64,000 bases of DNA from Polyangiaceae bacterium (GTDB taxonomy: Bacteria > Myxococcota_A > Polyangia > Polyangiales > Polyangiaceae): positions 1,752 through 65,751 of the forward strand of contig JBDHVE010000030.1 of the NCBI GenBank assembly GCA_039809485.1, read 5' to 3'. Shown here one piece after another: positions 26,992 through 35,781 of the stretch; position 1 is the first letter of the stretch; each line of letters opens with the position of its first letter. Both the position numbers and the translations under genes were made by a program. The notes under the pieces were generated by a model. That model saw only the letters and a program-made list of their open reading frames with translations, did no database searches and was not told where the DNA came from.

Positions 26992-27888
26992 ATGGAGCTC
27001 CGCCACCTCCGCTACTTCCTCGCCGTCGCGGACACGCTCCACGTCGGGCGCGCCGCGCGAAAGCTCCACATCTCCCAGCCCGCCGTCTCCCAGCAGCTCC
27101 GCGAGCTCGAGGGCGAGCTCGGCGAGACGCTCTTCGAGCGGCACGCGCGTGGCGTGCGCCTCACGCCGGCAGGTGAGGTCTTCCGCGTGCACGCCTCGCG
27201 CGTGCTCGAGGACGTACGCGCGGGCGAACGCGCGCTCGCCGCCTTCGCGAACAAGCAGGTCGGCGAGCTCCGCGTCGCGTACCTGCCGAGCACGACCGCG
27301 AACCTCGTCATCCCCGCCGTCGCGGCGGTGATGAAGCGCTACCCCGGCGCACGCGTGATCGCGTACGAAGGCGTCTCACGCCGCGTGGAGCGCCTCGTCG
27401 CCGAGGGCCGCGCGGACGTCGGCCTCGGCCTGCTCCCGGTGCGGCGGACCGATCTCGTGACGGAGCCGGTGGTCGAAGGTCGCCTCTCCCTCGTGGTGCA
27501 CGCGAAGCACCCGCTCGCAGGCGAGGCCTCCGCTTCGCTCCGCGACGTCGCGAAGGAGCCCTTCGCGCTCCTCTCGCGATCGCTCCGCGCGCGCGCGCTC
27601 GCCGACGCGGCGCTCGCGCGTGCGGGCGTCGAGCCGACGATCGCGCTCGAGGCGGATGCGGTCGCGACCGTCCTCGCCGTCGTGCGCGCGGGGCTCGCCG
27701 TCGCCGTCCTCCCCGAGCCGCGCGTCCGGCGCGGCGACGACCTCGCCGTCGTCCCGCTCCGCCCCCGCGCGCCGCCGCACGTGACGGCGCTCCTCTACCG
27801 CGCGTCCGCCCTGCGCTCGCCGCTGACGGAGGCGTTCGGCGAAGAGGTGCGCGCCGTCGCCGGTCGCCGACTCGACGAGGTCCGCTGA
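26992..27888 (+). CDS. LysR-family transcriptional regulator
   Basis: MELRHLRYFLAVA...AARKLHISQPAVSQQLRELE..LG..LFER...VRLTPAG; divergent from the ThDP enzyme/ALDH pair. Confidence 0.96.
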   Translation: MELRHLRYFLAVADTLHVGRAARKLHISQPAVSQQLRELEGELGETLFERHARGVRLTPAGEVFRVHASRVLEDVRAGERALAAFANKQVGELRVAYLPSTTANLVIPAVAAVMKRYPGARVIAYEGVSRRVERLVAEGRADVGLGLLPVRRTDLVTEPVVEGRLSLVVHAKHPLAGEASASLRDVAKEPFALLSRSLRARALADAALARAGVEPTIALEADAVATVLAVVRAGLAVAVLPEPRVRRGDDLAVVPLRPRAPPHVTALLYRASALRSPLTEAFGEEVRAVAGRRLDEVR

Positions 27889-27988
27889 CAACGGCTTGGG
27901 GGGAAACGCCTACGGCCGAGGGGCCCGCCCGCCCCTCACAGCCCTCAGGGCGAGGGTGGAAGGCCGCGGAAAGGCCCCGATCGCGCGC

Positions 27989-28004
27989 TGGCCCGAGTCC
28001 TGCT
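27989..28004 (+). promoter_or_regulatory. Candidate sigma54 promoter for the HzsA-like operon
   Basis: TGGCCCG-AGTC-CTGCT, GG-N10-GC spacing, about 70 nt upstream of the ATG at 28073. Confidence 0.4.
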
Positions 28005-28072
28005 CTAATCCGCGAGCGGCCGAGTTCCAACGCGAGGTGGGAAGCGTCACTCAGGCCGACACCGGAGCCGTC

Positions 28073-30409
28073 ATGCGACATCTCTCTGGCCTCTTCACCA
28101 AGACGCGCGTCACCGCCCTCGTCCTCGTCCTCGGCGCCGCCTTCGGCCCCTCGGCCGTCGTCGCGTGCGGCAGCTCCGAGAAGGAGGAGACGAGCGTCAA
28201 CGTGTCGGCCATCGTCTTCGAGTCGCGCGCGCACACCGTGATCGCCGAGAACGGCGAGGTGTCCGTCAACGTGGCGGGCGGCAACGGGCAGGTCCTCGAC
28301 TACACGCGCTACGTCCCCGGCGCGAAGCTCCGCGTGCTCTCGCCGCCGCGTCCGGACGGCGCGGTCCGGAACCTGATCGAGGCGTTCCCGCAGGCCGACC
28401 TGAACGGCTTCGACGTCTCGTTCGACGCGAAGCAGGTCGTCTTCTCGATGAAACGCGACCCGAACGATCGCTACCACATCTACACGGTGCAGCTCGACAC
28501 GGGCGAGATCCACCAGAAGACGGGCGGCGATCAGAACGACATCACGCCGATCTACCTCCCCGGCGGCCGGATCGCCTTCGCGACGGACCAGATGTACACG
28601 CCGATGGGCACGCGCGCCGACGAGTACAACCACTCGCGTCAGGTCACGCAGCTCGCGACGATCAGCATCGACGGCGGTGACGCCGACCGCCGCCTCGCGT
28701 CGCAGAACCTCTCGCACTCCGTCTCGCTCTTCTCGCGCCACAACGGGAAGATCGGCTACTCGCGCTGGGAGCACCTCGGCGGCGTCAACGACGTGAAGCT
28801 GTTCGAGGCCGCGCCGGACGGCGCGCAGATGACGGCGATCGCGGGCCAGCACGGCAAGCCGTCGAACTCGCTCGTCAACGTGCGCGAGCTCGAGCCGAAC
28901 GTCTTCATCGGGATCGCGACGAACCGCTCGCGCACGATCCACGCGGGCGCGCTCGTGAAGATCGACGCGCGCAACCATGCCGACCCGATCTGCATGGACG
29001 CCAAGATCCTCGACAAGGCGGGGCACGCCTGCCTCGACGAGGAGAACGTCCAGTACGAGCTCCTCACGCCCGAGGTCCCGACCGGCGCGGGCCCCTCGCC
29101 CGTCGGCCGCTACCGGACGCCGAGCGCTCTCCCGGACGGCCGCCTCCTCGTCTCGTGGGCCGACGGCGCGGTGAACGACCTCGCCGAGCAGTCGCTCACG
29201 CCGCCGAACTTCGGCATCTACATGTTCGACCCGGCGACGAAGAAGAACCAGCTGATCTTCGACGACCGTGACATGTGGGATCTGAACGCGATGGCCGTCG
29301 CGCCGCGTCCCGAGCCGCCGGTGATCGGCGCGCTCACGGCGCGGGCGCCCGATCCCGGTACGCCGGTCCGGATCGGCTCCGTCGACATCACGCGCACGAG
29401 CCTCACCGATCGCGTGAGCGGCGGCATGTTCGGCGACGGCGTTCCGCTGAACGAGGCGCTCAAGGCGGCGGTGAAGGTCCGCGTCATCGAGGGCTTCTCG
29501 AGCGAGGCCGCGAAGGGCGTCACGATGTTCGGCCTCACGATGGACGAAGGCGCCGCGATCCTCGGCGAGGCCGACGTGAACCCGGACGGGAGCTGGCTCG
29601 CGGAGATCCCGCCGTACCTGCCGGTCCACCTCCAGCCGATCGACAAGTTCGGGATGTCGATCCGCAACCAGCGCCTCTGGATCCAGGGCATGCCCGGCGA
29701 GGACCGCCGCTGCATCGGCTGCCACGAGAGCCGCACGCAGTCGGTCGCGGCGCGCGCCGGAAACCCCACCGTCGCCGAGCAGCGTCAGGCGCAGCAGTTC
29801 CTCGCGCCGGTCTCCGACCGCGCGGAGATCTCGTGGAGCCTCGACCGCACGAAGTACCCCGACGCGAAGCCGAAGGCGGTCGTCCAGGACATCCTCAACG
29901 CGAAGTGCGCGTCGTGTCACTCGGGCGGCGCGAACGACCCCTTCGCCGGCAAGACGTACAGCGTCACGCAGACGACGCCGGGGACCGGCACGACGCAGCA
30001 GTACACGATCCCGTACCTCGACCTCAGCGAGAAGCCGATCACCGTCGTCTACGACCGCATGGTCGCGACCTATCCGTCCTCCTACGTCTCGCTCTTCTTC
30101 CCCGCCACGCTCGAGATGGGGATGGGGATGGGCGCGGCACCGGTCGGTGAGGTCCCGCCGAAGTGGGCGATCGTGAACGACGCGCGCAACTCGGCGCTGA
30201 TCAAGAAGCTGAACGTGAAGGCGCCGGACGGCTCGTTCGCCTACGGCAACCCGGCGATGCACCCCGAGGACAAGGGCGTCACCCTCACCGACGAAGAGCG
30301 CCTGCAGCTCGTCCGCGCGATCGACATCGGAGGCCAGTTCTACACGCGACAGAACACCGGCTTCGTCCCCTTCAACGACACCCGCTACGCCGGGCAGGCG
30401 TACCCCTGA
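28073..30409 (+). CDS. Hydrazine synthase alpha-like lipoprotein (PD40/TolB propeller + HZS-alpha middle domain + C-terminal c-heme domain)
   Basis: VVAC lipobox; DVSFDAKQVVFSMK, DITPIYLPGGRIAF propeller repeats; VNPDGSWLAEIP...LQPIDKFG...PGEDRRCIGCHE; CASCH. Confidence 0.82.
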   Translation: MRHLSGLFTKTRVTALVLVLGAAFGPSAVVACGSSEKEETSVNVSAIVFESRAHTVIAENGEVSVNVAGGNGQVLDYTRYVPGAKLRVLSPPRPDGAVRNLIEAFPQADLNGFDVSFDAKQVVFSMKRDPNDRYHIYTVQLDTGEIHQKTGGDQNDITPIYLPGGRIAFATDQMYTPMGTRADEYNHSRQVTQLATISIDGGDADRRLASQNLSHSVSLFSRHNGKIGYSRWEHLGGVNDVKLFEAAPDGAQMTAIAGQHGKPSNSLVNVRELEPNVFIGIATNRSRTIHAGALVKIDARNHADPICMDAKILDKAGHACLDEENVQYELLTPEVPTGAGPSPVGRYRTPSALPDGRLLVSWADGAVNDLAEQSLTPPNFGIYMFDPATKKNQLIFDDRDMWDLNAMAVAPRPEPPVIGALTARAPDPGTPVRIGSVDITRTSLTDRVSGGMFGDGVPLNEALKAAVKVRVIEGFSSEAAKGVTMFGLTMDEGAAILGEADVNPDGSWLAEIPPYLPVHLQPIDKFGMSIRNQRLWIQGMPGEDRRCIGCHESRTQSVAARAGNPTVAEQRQAQQFLAPVSDRAEISWSLDRTKYPDAKPKAVVQDILNAKCASCHSGGANDPFAGKTYSVTQTTPGTGTTQQYTIPYLDLSEKPITVVYDRMVATYPSSYVSLFFPATLEMGMGMGAAPVGEVPPKWAIVNDARNSALIKKLNVKAPDGSFAYGNPAMHPEDKGVTLTDEERLQLVRAIDIGGQFYTRQNTGFVPFNDTRYAGQAYP

Positions 30410-30425
30410 GGACGAGGAGAACCCC

Positions 30426-31358
30426 ATGATCTCCAAGACGACCAAGCTCGGCCTCACGGTCTCCACCTTCGCGTCCGTCGCGTTCGCGTGCCTGTCGCTC
30501 TTCACGCCGGCAGCCCACGGCGGCCCGGCGGAGGCGACCGGCGGCGCCGCGCGGATGTACCCGGGCATCGCCCCCGACCAGATCGAGAAGCTCTCCTCCG
30601 GCGACCGCATCAAGACGGTCACCGCGCAGCGCGGATCGATGACGGCGATCTGGGAAGCGCTCGAGGAGGGCGAGAAGGTCGAGTGCCTCGACTGCATCCC
30701 ATCCGTCGAGCCGCTCATGTACGACGCCGATCCGCGGACGCGCGAGATCGCCGCGTGGTGGCTCCGCCGCCGGATCTTCGGCGTGTTCGGCCCGGGCGAG
30801 GTCTACGAGCGCACGATCAAGCGGCTCTCGTCGGACGGGAACCCGAAGGTCCGCGCCTACGCGGCCGAAGCCCTCGGCGAGTTCCTGCTCGCGCCGGGCG
30901 TCGAAGCCGTCGCGCTCGCGGTCGAGAAGGATCCGGAGCCCACCGTCCGCGCGGCGGCGGCGAGCGCGCTCGGTCGTCTCAACGACGACGGTCGCGACGC
31001 GATCACGAAGGCGCTCGGGGACAGCGACCCGCGCGTGAAGCTCGCCGGCCTCTCGTCGGCGACGCGGGTGAACTCGTTCTCCGACGTCTCGGCGGTCGCG
31101 AAGCTCCTCGGCGACGGGGACGCGAAGGTGCGCCGGCGCGCGGCCGAAGCGCTCGGCTCGATGAACGCGAAGGACTCGACGGCAGGCCTGATGGCCCTCG
31201 CGAAGAACGACCCGGACGCGAACGTCCGCAACTCGGCCGTCCACACCCTCGGCATGCTCCGCGACCCCAACGCGCGGCCCGTGCTCGAGGACGTCGCGAA
31301 GACCGACGCCGACTCGCTCGTCCGCGATCAGGCCGCGATCGCGCTCCGCCGACTCTGA
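30426..31358 (+). CDS. Exported HEAT-repeat protein with CxxC
   Basis: Signal peptide; ECLDC; repeated D.dp.VR..AA.ALG units. Confidence 0.88.
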   Translation: MISKTTKLGLTVSTFASVAFACLSLFTPAAHGGPAEATGGAARMYPGIAPDQIEKLSSGDRIKTVTAQRGSMTAIWEALEEGEKVECLDCIPSVEPLMYDADPRTREIAAWWLRRRIFGVFGPGEVYERTIKRLSSDGNPKVRAYAAEALGEFLLAPGVEAVALAVEKDPEPTVRAAAASALGRLNDDGRDAITKALGDSDPRVKLAGLSSATRVNSFSDVSAVAKLLGDGDAKVRRRAAEALGSMNAKDSTAGLMALAKNDPDANVRNSAVHTLGMLRDPNARPVLEDVAKTDADSLVRDQAAIALRRL

Positions 31359-31362
31359 AAGA

Positions 31363-31447
31363 AGGCTCCAGGCTACAGGCTTCAGCAGCGAGAGATTTCG
31401 CCGACCGCAACCGCTCTCTCGTTCCTGAAGCCTGTAGCCTGGAGCCT
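31363..31447. repeat. Intergenic inverted-repeat element built from heptamer repeats
   Basis: Perfect 23-bp IR: AGGCTCCAGGCTACAGGCTTCAG (31363-31385) and its complement (31425-31447); inner CGAGAGA/TCTCTCG pair. Confidence 0.92.
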
Positions 31448-31464
31448 GTGGCGTTTCCGCTACA

Positions 31465-34400
31465 ATGCCGACCGTGCGCTTTCCTTCCGCCATCACCGCG
31501 GCCGTTGCAGCCGGCGCCGTCTTCGTCGCCCTCTCGCCGCTCTCGTGCTCCGAGAAGGAGCCGCAGTCGTCGACGTACTTCGATCGTACGATCAGCCCGA
31601 TCCTGACGACGGGGTGCTCGCGGACGAACACGGGCGCGAGCTGTCACGTCGCGGACGCGAAGGGCAACGCGCTCGGCAACCTCGACACCGCGAGCTACGC
31701 CGGGATCGCGAAGCGGCGCGATCTCCTCGTCGACTACGGCCCGTACGGGCAGCCGGCCCTCCTCCTCAAGAACGTCGATCCGCTCCAGGTCGCGGTCACG
31801 ACGTACGACGGCAAGAAGGTCACCGTCACGACCGACATCAAGCACGCGGGCGGCTCCGTCCTCGACGCGACCGGCACCGCGTACACGACGCTCCGGCGCT
31901 GGCTCCAGAACGGCGCGACCGAGAACAACACCGGCGCCACCGCGAAGCAGCTCGAGAAGCAGGCCTGCAGCACGTTCCTCCCGTCGCGCGAGTTCGATCT
32001 CACGAAGGACCCGCCGCGCGCGGACTTCGCGCTGTTCCGCGACAAGGTGAATCCGCTCCTCACGAGGCCTTCGGAGTCCGGCACCGACAAGAGCTGCGCG
32101 GCCTCGAACTGCCACGGCACGGTGGCGAACTCGCTCTACCTCTCGTGCGGCGACACCCCCGAGCAGCTCCGCTTCAACTACTACGCGTCCCAGGAGTACC
32201 TCGCCGCGACGCCGGAGCAGAGCGAGCTGCTCCGCCGTCCGCTCTCGCCGTCGGCGGGAGGCGCGTACCACGAGGGCGGCGTCGTCTTCGACAGTCCGAG
32301 CGACGACGTCTACCAGGCGCTGAACGAGTGGGCGAAGGCGCACGGCCCGGCGATCGTCCCGGAGAGGGACGCCGGCTTCGACTTCTTCTCGCAGAAGGTG
32401 CAGCCGATCCTCGTCAAGAAGGGCTGCATGATGATGCAGTGCCACTCGGCGACGCTGTTCCACGACTACCGGCTCCGCGGCGGATCGGGCGGGAGCTTCT
32501 CGCTCAGCGCGACGCGGAAGAACTACGAGCTGTCGCTCACGCAGCTGGCGGTCGAGAGCGACGATCCGAGCGCGAGCCGGATCGTGAAGAAGAACCTCTA
32601 CCGCCCGGAGGTGTGCGGCGTCGCCGGGTGTGACAAGCCCTCGGGCATCACGCACCGCGGCGGTCCGCTCTTCGAGGACTTCGGCAACCAGACCGCGAGC
32701 CCGAAGGCGTGCGCGGAGGGGAAGTACGACTACGACAACGGCGATCTCGACAAGATCCCCGCGTACTGCGTCGTCGCCGAATGGCTCCGGCGCGAGCGCG
32801 AGACCCACAAGCTCGCGCCGCTCAGCGCCGTCGTGTACGTGAAGCGCCCGCTCGGCAGCTACAAGCGCGTGCAGGACTTCGACGTCTATTCGCCGGGCGC
32901 CGATCTGCGTCGCGCGGCGGTGACCGTCGCTGCCGACGGCCGGATCACGGCGGGGAACGACACCTCGCTCGCGCAGGGCTGCGGCCTCAGCCCTGCGACC
33001 GCGGACATCCAGCGCCCGCAGGTGTCGTGGGACGGCGCGAAGATCGCGTTCGCCGCGCGCTCGTCGGCGAGCGAGCCGCTCGCCGTCTACGAGATGAACG
33101 CGGACGGCTCCGCGTGCGCGAAGCACCCGGTGATCAACGCGACGCCGCCGACGCAGAACGGCCTCCTCGTCCACAACTTCGACCCGACCTATGCGCCGCC
33201 GGAGAACGGCGTGACGCGCATCGTCTGGGCCTCGACGCGCGGAAACCTTCCGATCGTCCAGACCGACTACCAGGGGCCGCAGCGGCAGCCCGCCGATCCT
33301 TCGAAGCCGAACCCGAACCTCTACGTGCTCGAGGCGGGCGACAAGATCCGGCAGCTCACGTTCCTCCTCAACATGGAGCGACGTCCGAGCTTCATGAACG
33401 ACGGCCGGTTGATCTTTCCGGCCGAGAAGCGCGCGCCGCAGTTCCACCAGGTCGCGCTCCGCCGCATCAACATCGACTCGGGTGACTATCACCCGCTCTA
33501 CGCGCAGCGCAGCTCGATCGGCTACTCGGAGGCCTCCGAGGTCGTCGAGCTCTCGGACAAGAACTTCGCGACCATCTTCCGCGAGCCGAGCACGCCCCAC
33601 GGCGGCGGCGTCCTCGCGATCTTCAATCGGTCGCTCGGCCTCGACTTCAGGAGCACGAATCCGGCGGACTACCTCGTCGACCCCGGCGTCCTCGATCCGG
33701 CGGCGCTCCAGTCCCCCGACCCGCAGTTCTTCCTCCGATCCCTGAAGTTCCCCGATCCGGCTGCGGACGCGCGGCCCGGCAAGCCGACGACGGGCGTCTA
33801 CACGTCGCCGTCGATGCTCCCGAACGATCGCCTGCTCGTCAGCTTCGGCCCCGCGGCGGACGCGGCGGCCTTCGACGGCAACTACGACGTCTGGGTCATG
33901 AGCTCGGTGACCGGCGCGAAGGAGAAGCTCCTCGGCGACGCGGGCTCCGCGGAGGTCGAGGCCGTCGGCGTGTACGGCAAGCTCGTCCGGCCGATCTTCA
34001 AGTCGTCGCTCGACGAGCCGAACGGCCACACCCGCATCACGGACGGCGTCGCGGAAGCGCAGCTCCACGTCGTCGACTTCGGGATCCTCGCGACGCTCCT
34101 CTTCCAGAACACGCCGACGGGTCGGGTCATCGATCCCGACCTCACGTCGGTGGAGCTCTACGAGGACATGCCTCCCCCGCCCGAGATGGACTCGTTCGAG
34201 AAGGGCGGCGCCAACATCGCGACCGACGCGTACGGCCGGGTCTACGTCCGGCGGCGCCTCCTCGGCACGGTGCCGTTCGCGAGCGACGGCTCGGCGAAGT
34301 TCACGGTTCCGGGTGGCGTGCCGCTCGTCATCCACGCGCCCGACACACCGCTCTCGCGCGAGAAGAAGCTTCCGCGCTGGCAGCGTGAGCAGTACGTGTT

Positions 34401-34623
34401 CGCGCCGGGCGAGTACGCGCACCAGTCGTTCAAACGCGAGCTGTTCGGTTCGCTCTGCGGGGCGTGCCACGGGTCGGTCACCGGCAAGCCGGTCGACGCC
34501 GCGCTGATCCCGGACTTCGTCACCCAGGCGTCGTCGACGCTCTCACGTTCGCAGCCGCCGCTCGGCCTCGCGATCCCGCCGGCCCAGCGCACGCAGGTCC
34601 TCGAAGGCGCGCCGAAGGAGTAG
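31465..34623 (+). CDS. Multiheme lipoprotein: three N-terminal c-heme modules + PD40/TolB propeller + HZS-alpha-like middle domain
   Basis: PLSC lipobox; CX8CH, CX4CH, CX4CH each followed by H.GG; PQVSWDGAKIAFAAR, HNFDPTYAP; VPFASDGSAKFTVP...FAPGE...LCGACH. Confidence 0.8.
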   Translation: MPTVRFPSAITAAVAAGAVFVALSPLSCSEKEPQSSTYFDRTISPILTTGCSRTNTGASCHVADAKGNALGNLDTASYAGIAKRRDLLVDYGPYGQPALLLKNVDPLQVAVTTYDGKKVTVTTDIKHAGGSVLDATGTAYTTLRRWLQNGATENNTGATAKQLEKQACSTFLPSREFDLTKDPPRADFALFRDKVNPLLTRPSESGTDKSCAASNCHGTVANSLYLSCGDTPEQLRFNYYASQEYLAATPEQSELLRRPLSPSAGGAYHEGGVVFDSPSDDVYQALNEWAKAHGPAIVPERDAGFDFFSQKVQPILVKKGCMMMQCHSATLFHDYRLRGGSGGSFSLSATRKNYELSLTQLAVESDDPSASRIVKKNLYRPEVCGVAGCDKPSGITHRGGPLFEDFGNQTASPKACAEGKYDYDNGDLDKIPAYCVVAEWLRRERETHKLAPLSAVVYVKRPLGSYKRVQDFDVYSPGADLRRAAVTVAADGRITAGNDTSLAQGCGLSPATADIQRPQVSWDGAKIAFAARSSASEPLAVYEMNADGSACAKHPVINATPPTQNGLLVHNFDPTYAPPENGVTRIVWASTRGNLPIVQTDYQGPQRQPADPSKPNPNLYVLEAGDKIRQLTFLLNMERRPSFMNDGRLIFPAEKRAPQFHQVALRRINIDSGDYHPLYAQRSSIGYSEASEVVELSDKNFATIFREPSTPHGGGVLAIFNRSLGLDFRSTNPADYLVDPGVLDPAALQSPDPQFFLRSLKFPDPAADARPGKPTTGVYTSPSMLPNDRLLVSFGPAADAAAFDGNYDVWVMSSVTGAKEKLLGDAGSAEVEAVGVYGKLVRPIFKSSLDEPNGHTRITDGVAEAQLHVVDFGILATLLFQNTPTGRVIDPDLTSVELYEDMPPPPEMDSFEKGGANIATDAYGRVYVRRRLLGTVPFASDGSAKFTVPGGVPLVIHAPDTPLSREKKLPRWQREQYVFAPGEYAHQSFKRELFGSLCGACHGSVTGKPVDAALIPDFVTQASSTLSRSQPPLGLAIPPAQRTQVLEGAPKE

Positions 34624-34626
34624 CGG

Positions 34627-35205
34627 GTGGACGCGCGCGAGCTCGCGAGGCGGCGCCCGGTGTGGAAGGCGCTCTCGGACCTGTTCCTCGACACGGAGGC
34701 ACGGCCGTGGATCCCGTCGATGGCGCTCGTCGTCCTCGACGCCGGGTACTCCGACGACGAGATGCGGCGGATCTGGCGAAACGAGATCGTCCCCGAGTTC
34801 TCGCCGAACCTCCTCTCGATCGCGGGCGAGTGGGCGGACCTGCCGCTCGACGAAGAAAGCCTCGTCGCGCGCGCGGAAGGGGGAGGCAGCATGCTCGGCG
34901 CCGTCGCTTCGAAGAACGCGCCCTCGCTCGACGAGCAGCTCGAGGCGGTCCTCGCCGTGCGGCGTGTCCTCGGCGAGACGAGGCCGGAGGCCCGCGGAGA
35001 GCTCGCCCACGAGCTCGGCAAGGTCCTCGACGTCTGGGTCGACGGCGCGATCGGAGGCCGCGAGCCCGCGTCCGAGGCGATCCGGCCGCTCGTGGGTGCT
35101 GCGTTCCGTCGGCTGCAGCCGACGTTCGTCGACCTCTTGATCGGCGAAAGACGCGCGACGGCGGCCGAGCGCGTCGCATTGGTCGAACGCTTCCTCGGGT
35201 GCTAA
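34627..35205 (+). CDS. Hypothetical protein
   Basis: RRPVWKALSDLFLDT N-terminal motif resembles a conserved uncharacterised family; starts 3 nt after the upstream stop. Confidence 0.65.
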   Translation: MDARELARRRPVWKALSDLFLDTEARPWIPSMALVVLDAGYSDDEMRRIWRNEIVPEFSPNLLSIAGEWADLPLDEESLVARAEGGGSMLGAVASKNAPSLDEQLEAVLAVRRVLGETRPEARGELAHELGKVLDVWVDGAIGGREPASEAIRPLVGAAFRRLQPTFVDLLIGERRATAAERVALVERFLGC

Positions 35206-35214
35206 GCCTCCGGC

Positions 35215-35667
35215 GTGAGGTGGCCGGCTGTCATCGCGCTCTTCGCCCTCGCGGGCTGCCGAGCGGGAGGGTGCGCTGCCGCGTCGCTCGGCGACGTGGT
35301 CGGCGCGACCGGCGACGCGTACTGCGACCGTCGCTACGTGCCGGACGATCGCGAGCCCGGCTCGTTCTGCCAGGAGATCGTCGACACGCTCGCCGCGAGC
35401 CAGTTCCAGGACGACTGCCGCGAGAAGCACGCGGCGCGCTCCGAGGAGGGGCGCTGCCCGCGTGAGCGCGTCCTCGGCGGCTGCAAGCTGCTGAAGGAGA
35501 ACGACGACGGCAGCGAGGTCATCGACTGGTACTACGACGTGGTCGGCTTCGAGCGGGACGACGGGGGCAAGCCGTTCGTCGATCCCGCGCGGACGAAGGA
35601 CGACGTGAAGAGCCTCTGCTCGGACAAGACGCGCTACGACGAGGGCGCCACGTTCGTGGAGCCCTGA
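35215..35667 (+). CDS. Small Cys-rich lipoprotein
   Basis: LAGC lipobox; six further Cys in the mature C-terminal domain. Confidence 0.7.
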   Translation: MRWPAVIALFALAGCRAGGCAAASLGDVVGATGDAYCDRRYVPDDREPGSFCQEIVDTLAASQFQDDCREKHAARSEEGRCPRERVLGGCKLLKENDDGSEVIDWYYDVVGFERDDGGKPFVDPARTKDDVKSLCSDKTRYDEGATFVEP

Positions 35668-35781
35668 TCGCAGGAGCCCCGGTCTTCGACCGGTCGGGAT
35701 ACGCGGCAGCGGAGATCACTCCCTTCCTGCGAAACACGCTCGATGGACTCGTGTTACGACGTTGTGTCTCGGGAGGGGGAC

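Noticed and set aside
23652-31447. CRISPR array suggested by repeat elements
   Set aside because: The repeats are inverted heptamer arrays with no repeat-spacer periodicity, and there are no cas genes.
28073-34623. Genuine anammox hydrazine synthase
   Set aside because: No hzsB/hzsC, hao or other anammox genes in the window; the Tyr heme-ligand position is Thr; the context is myxobacterial.
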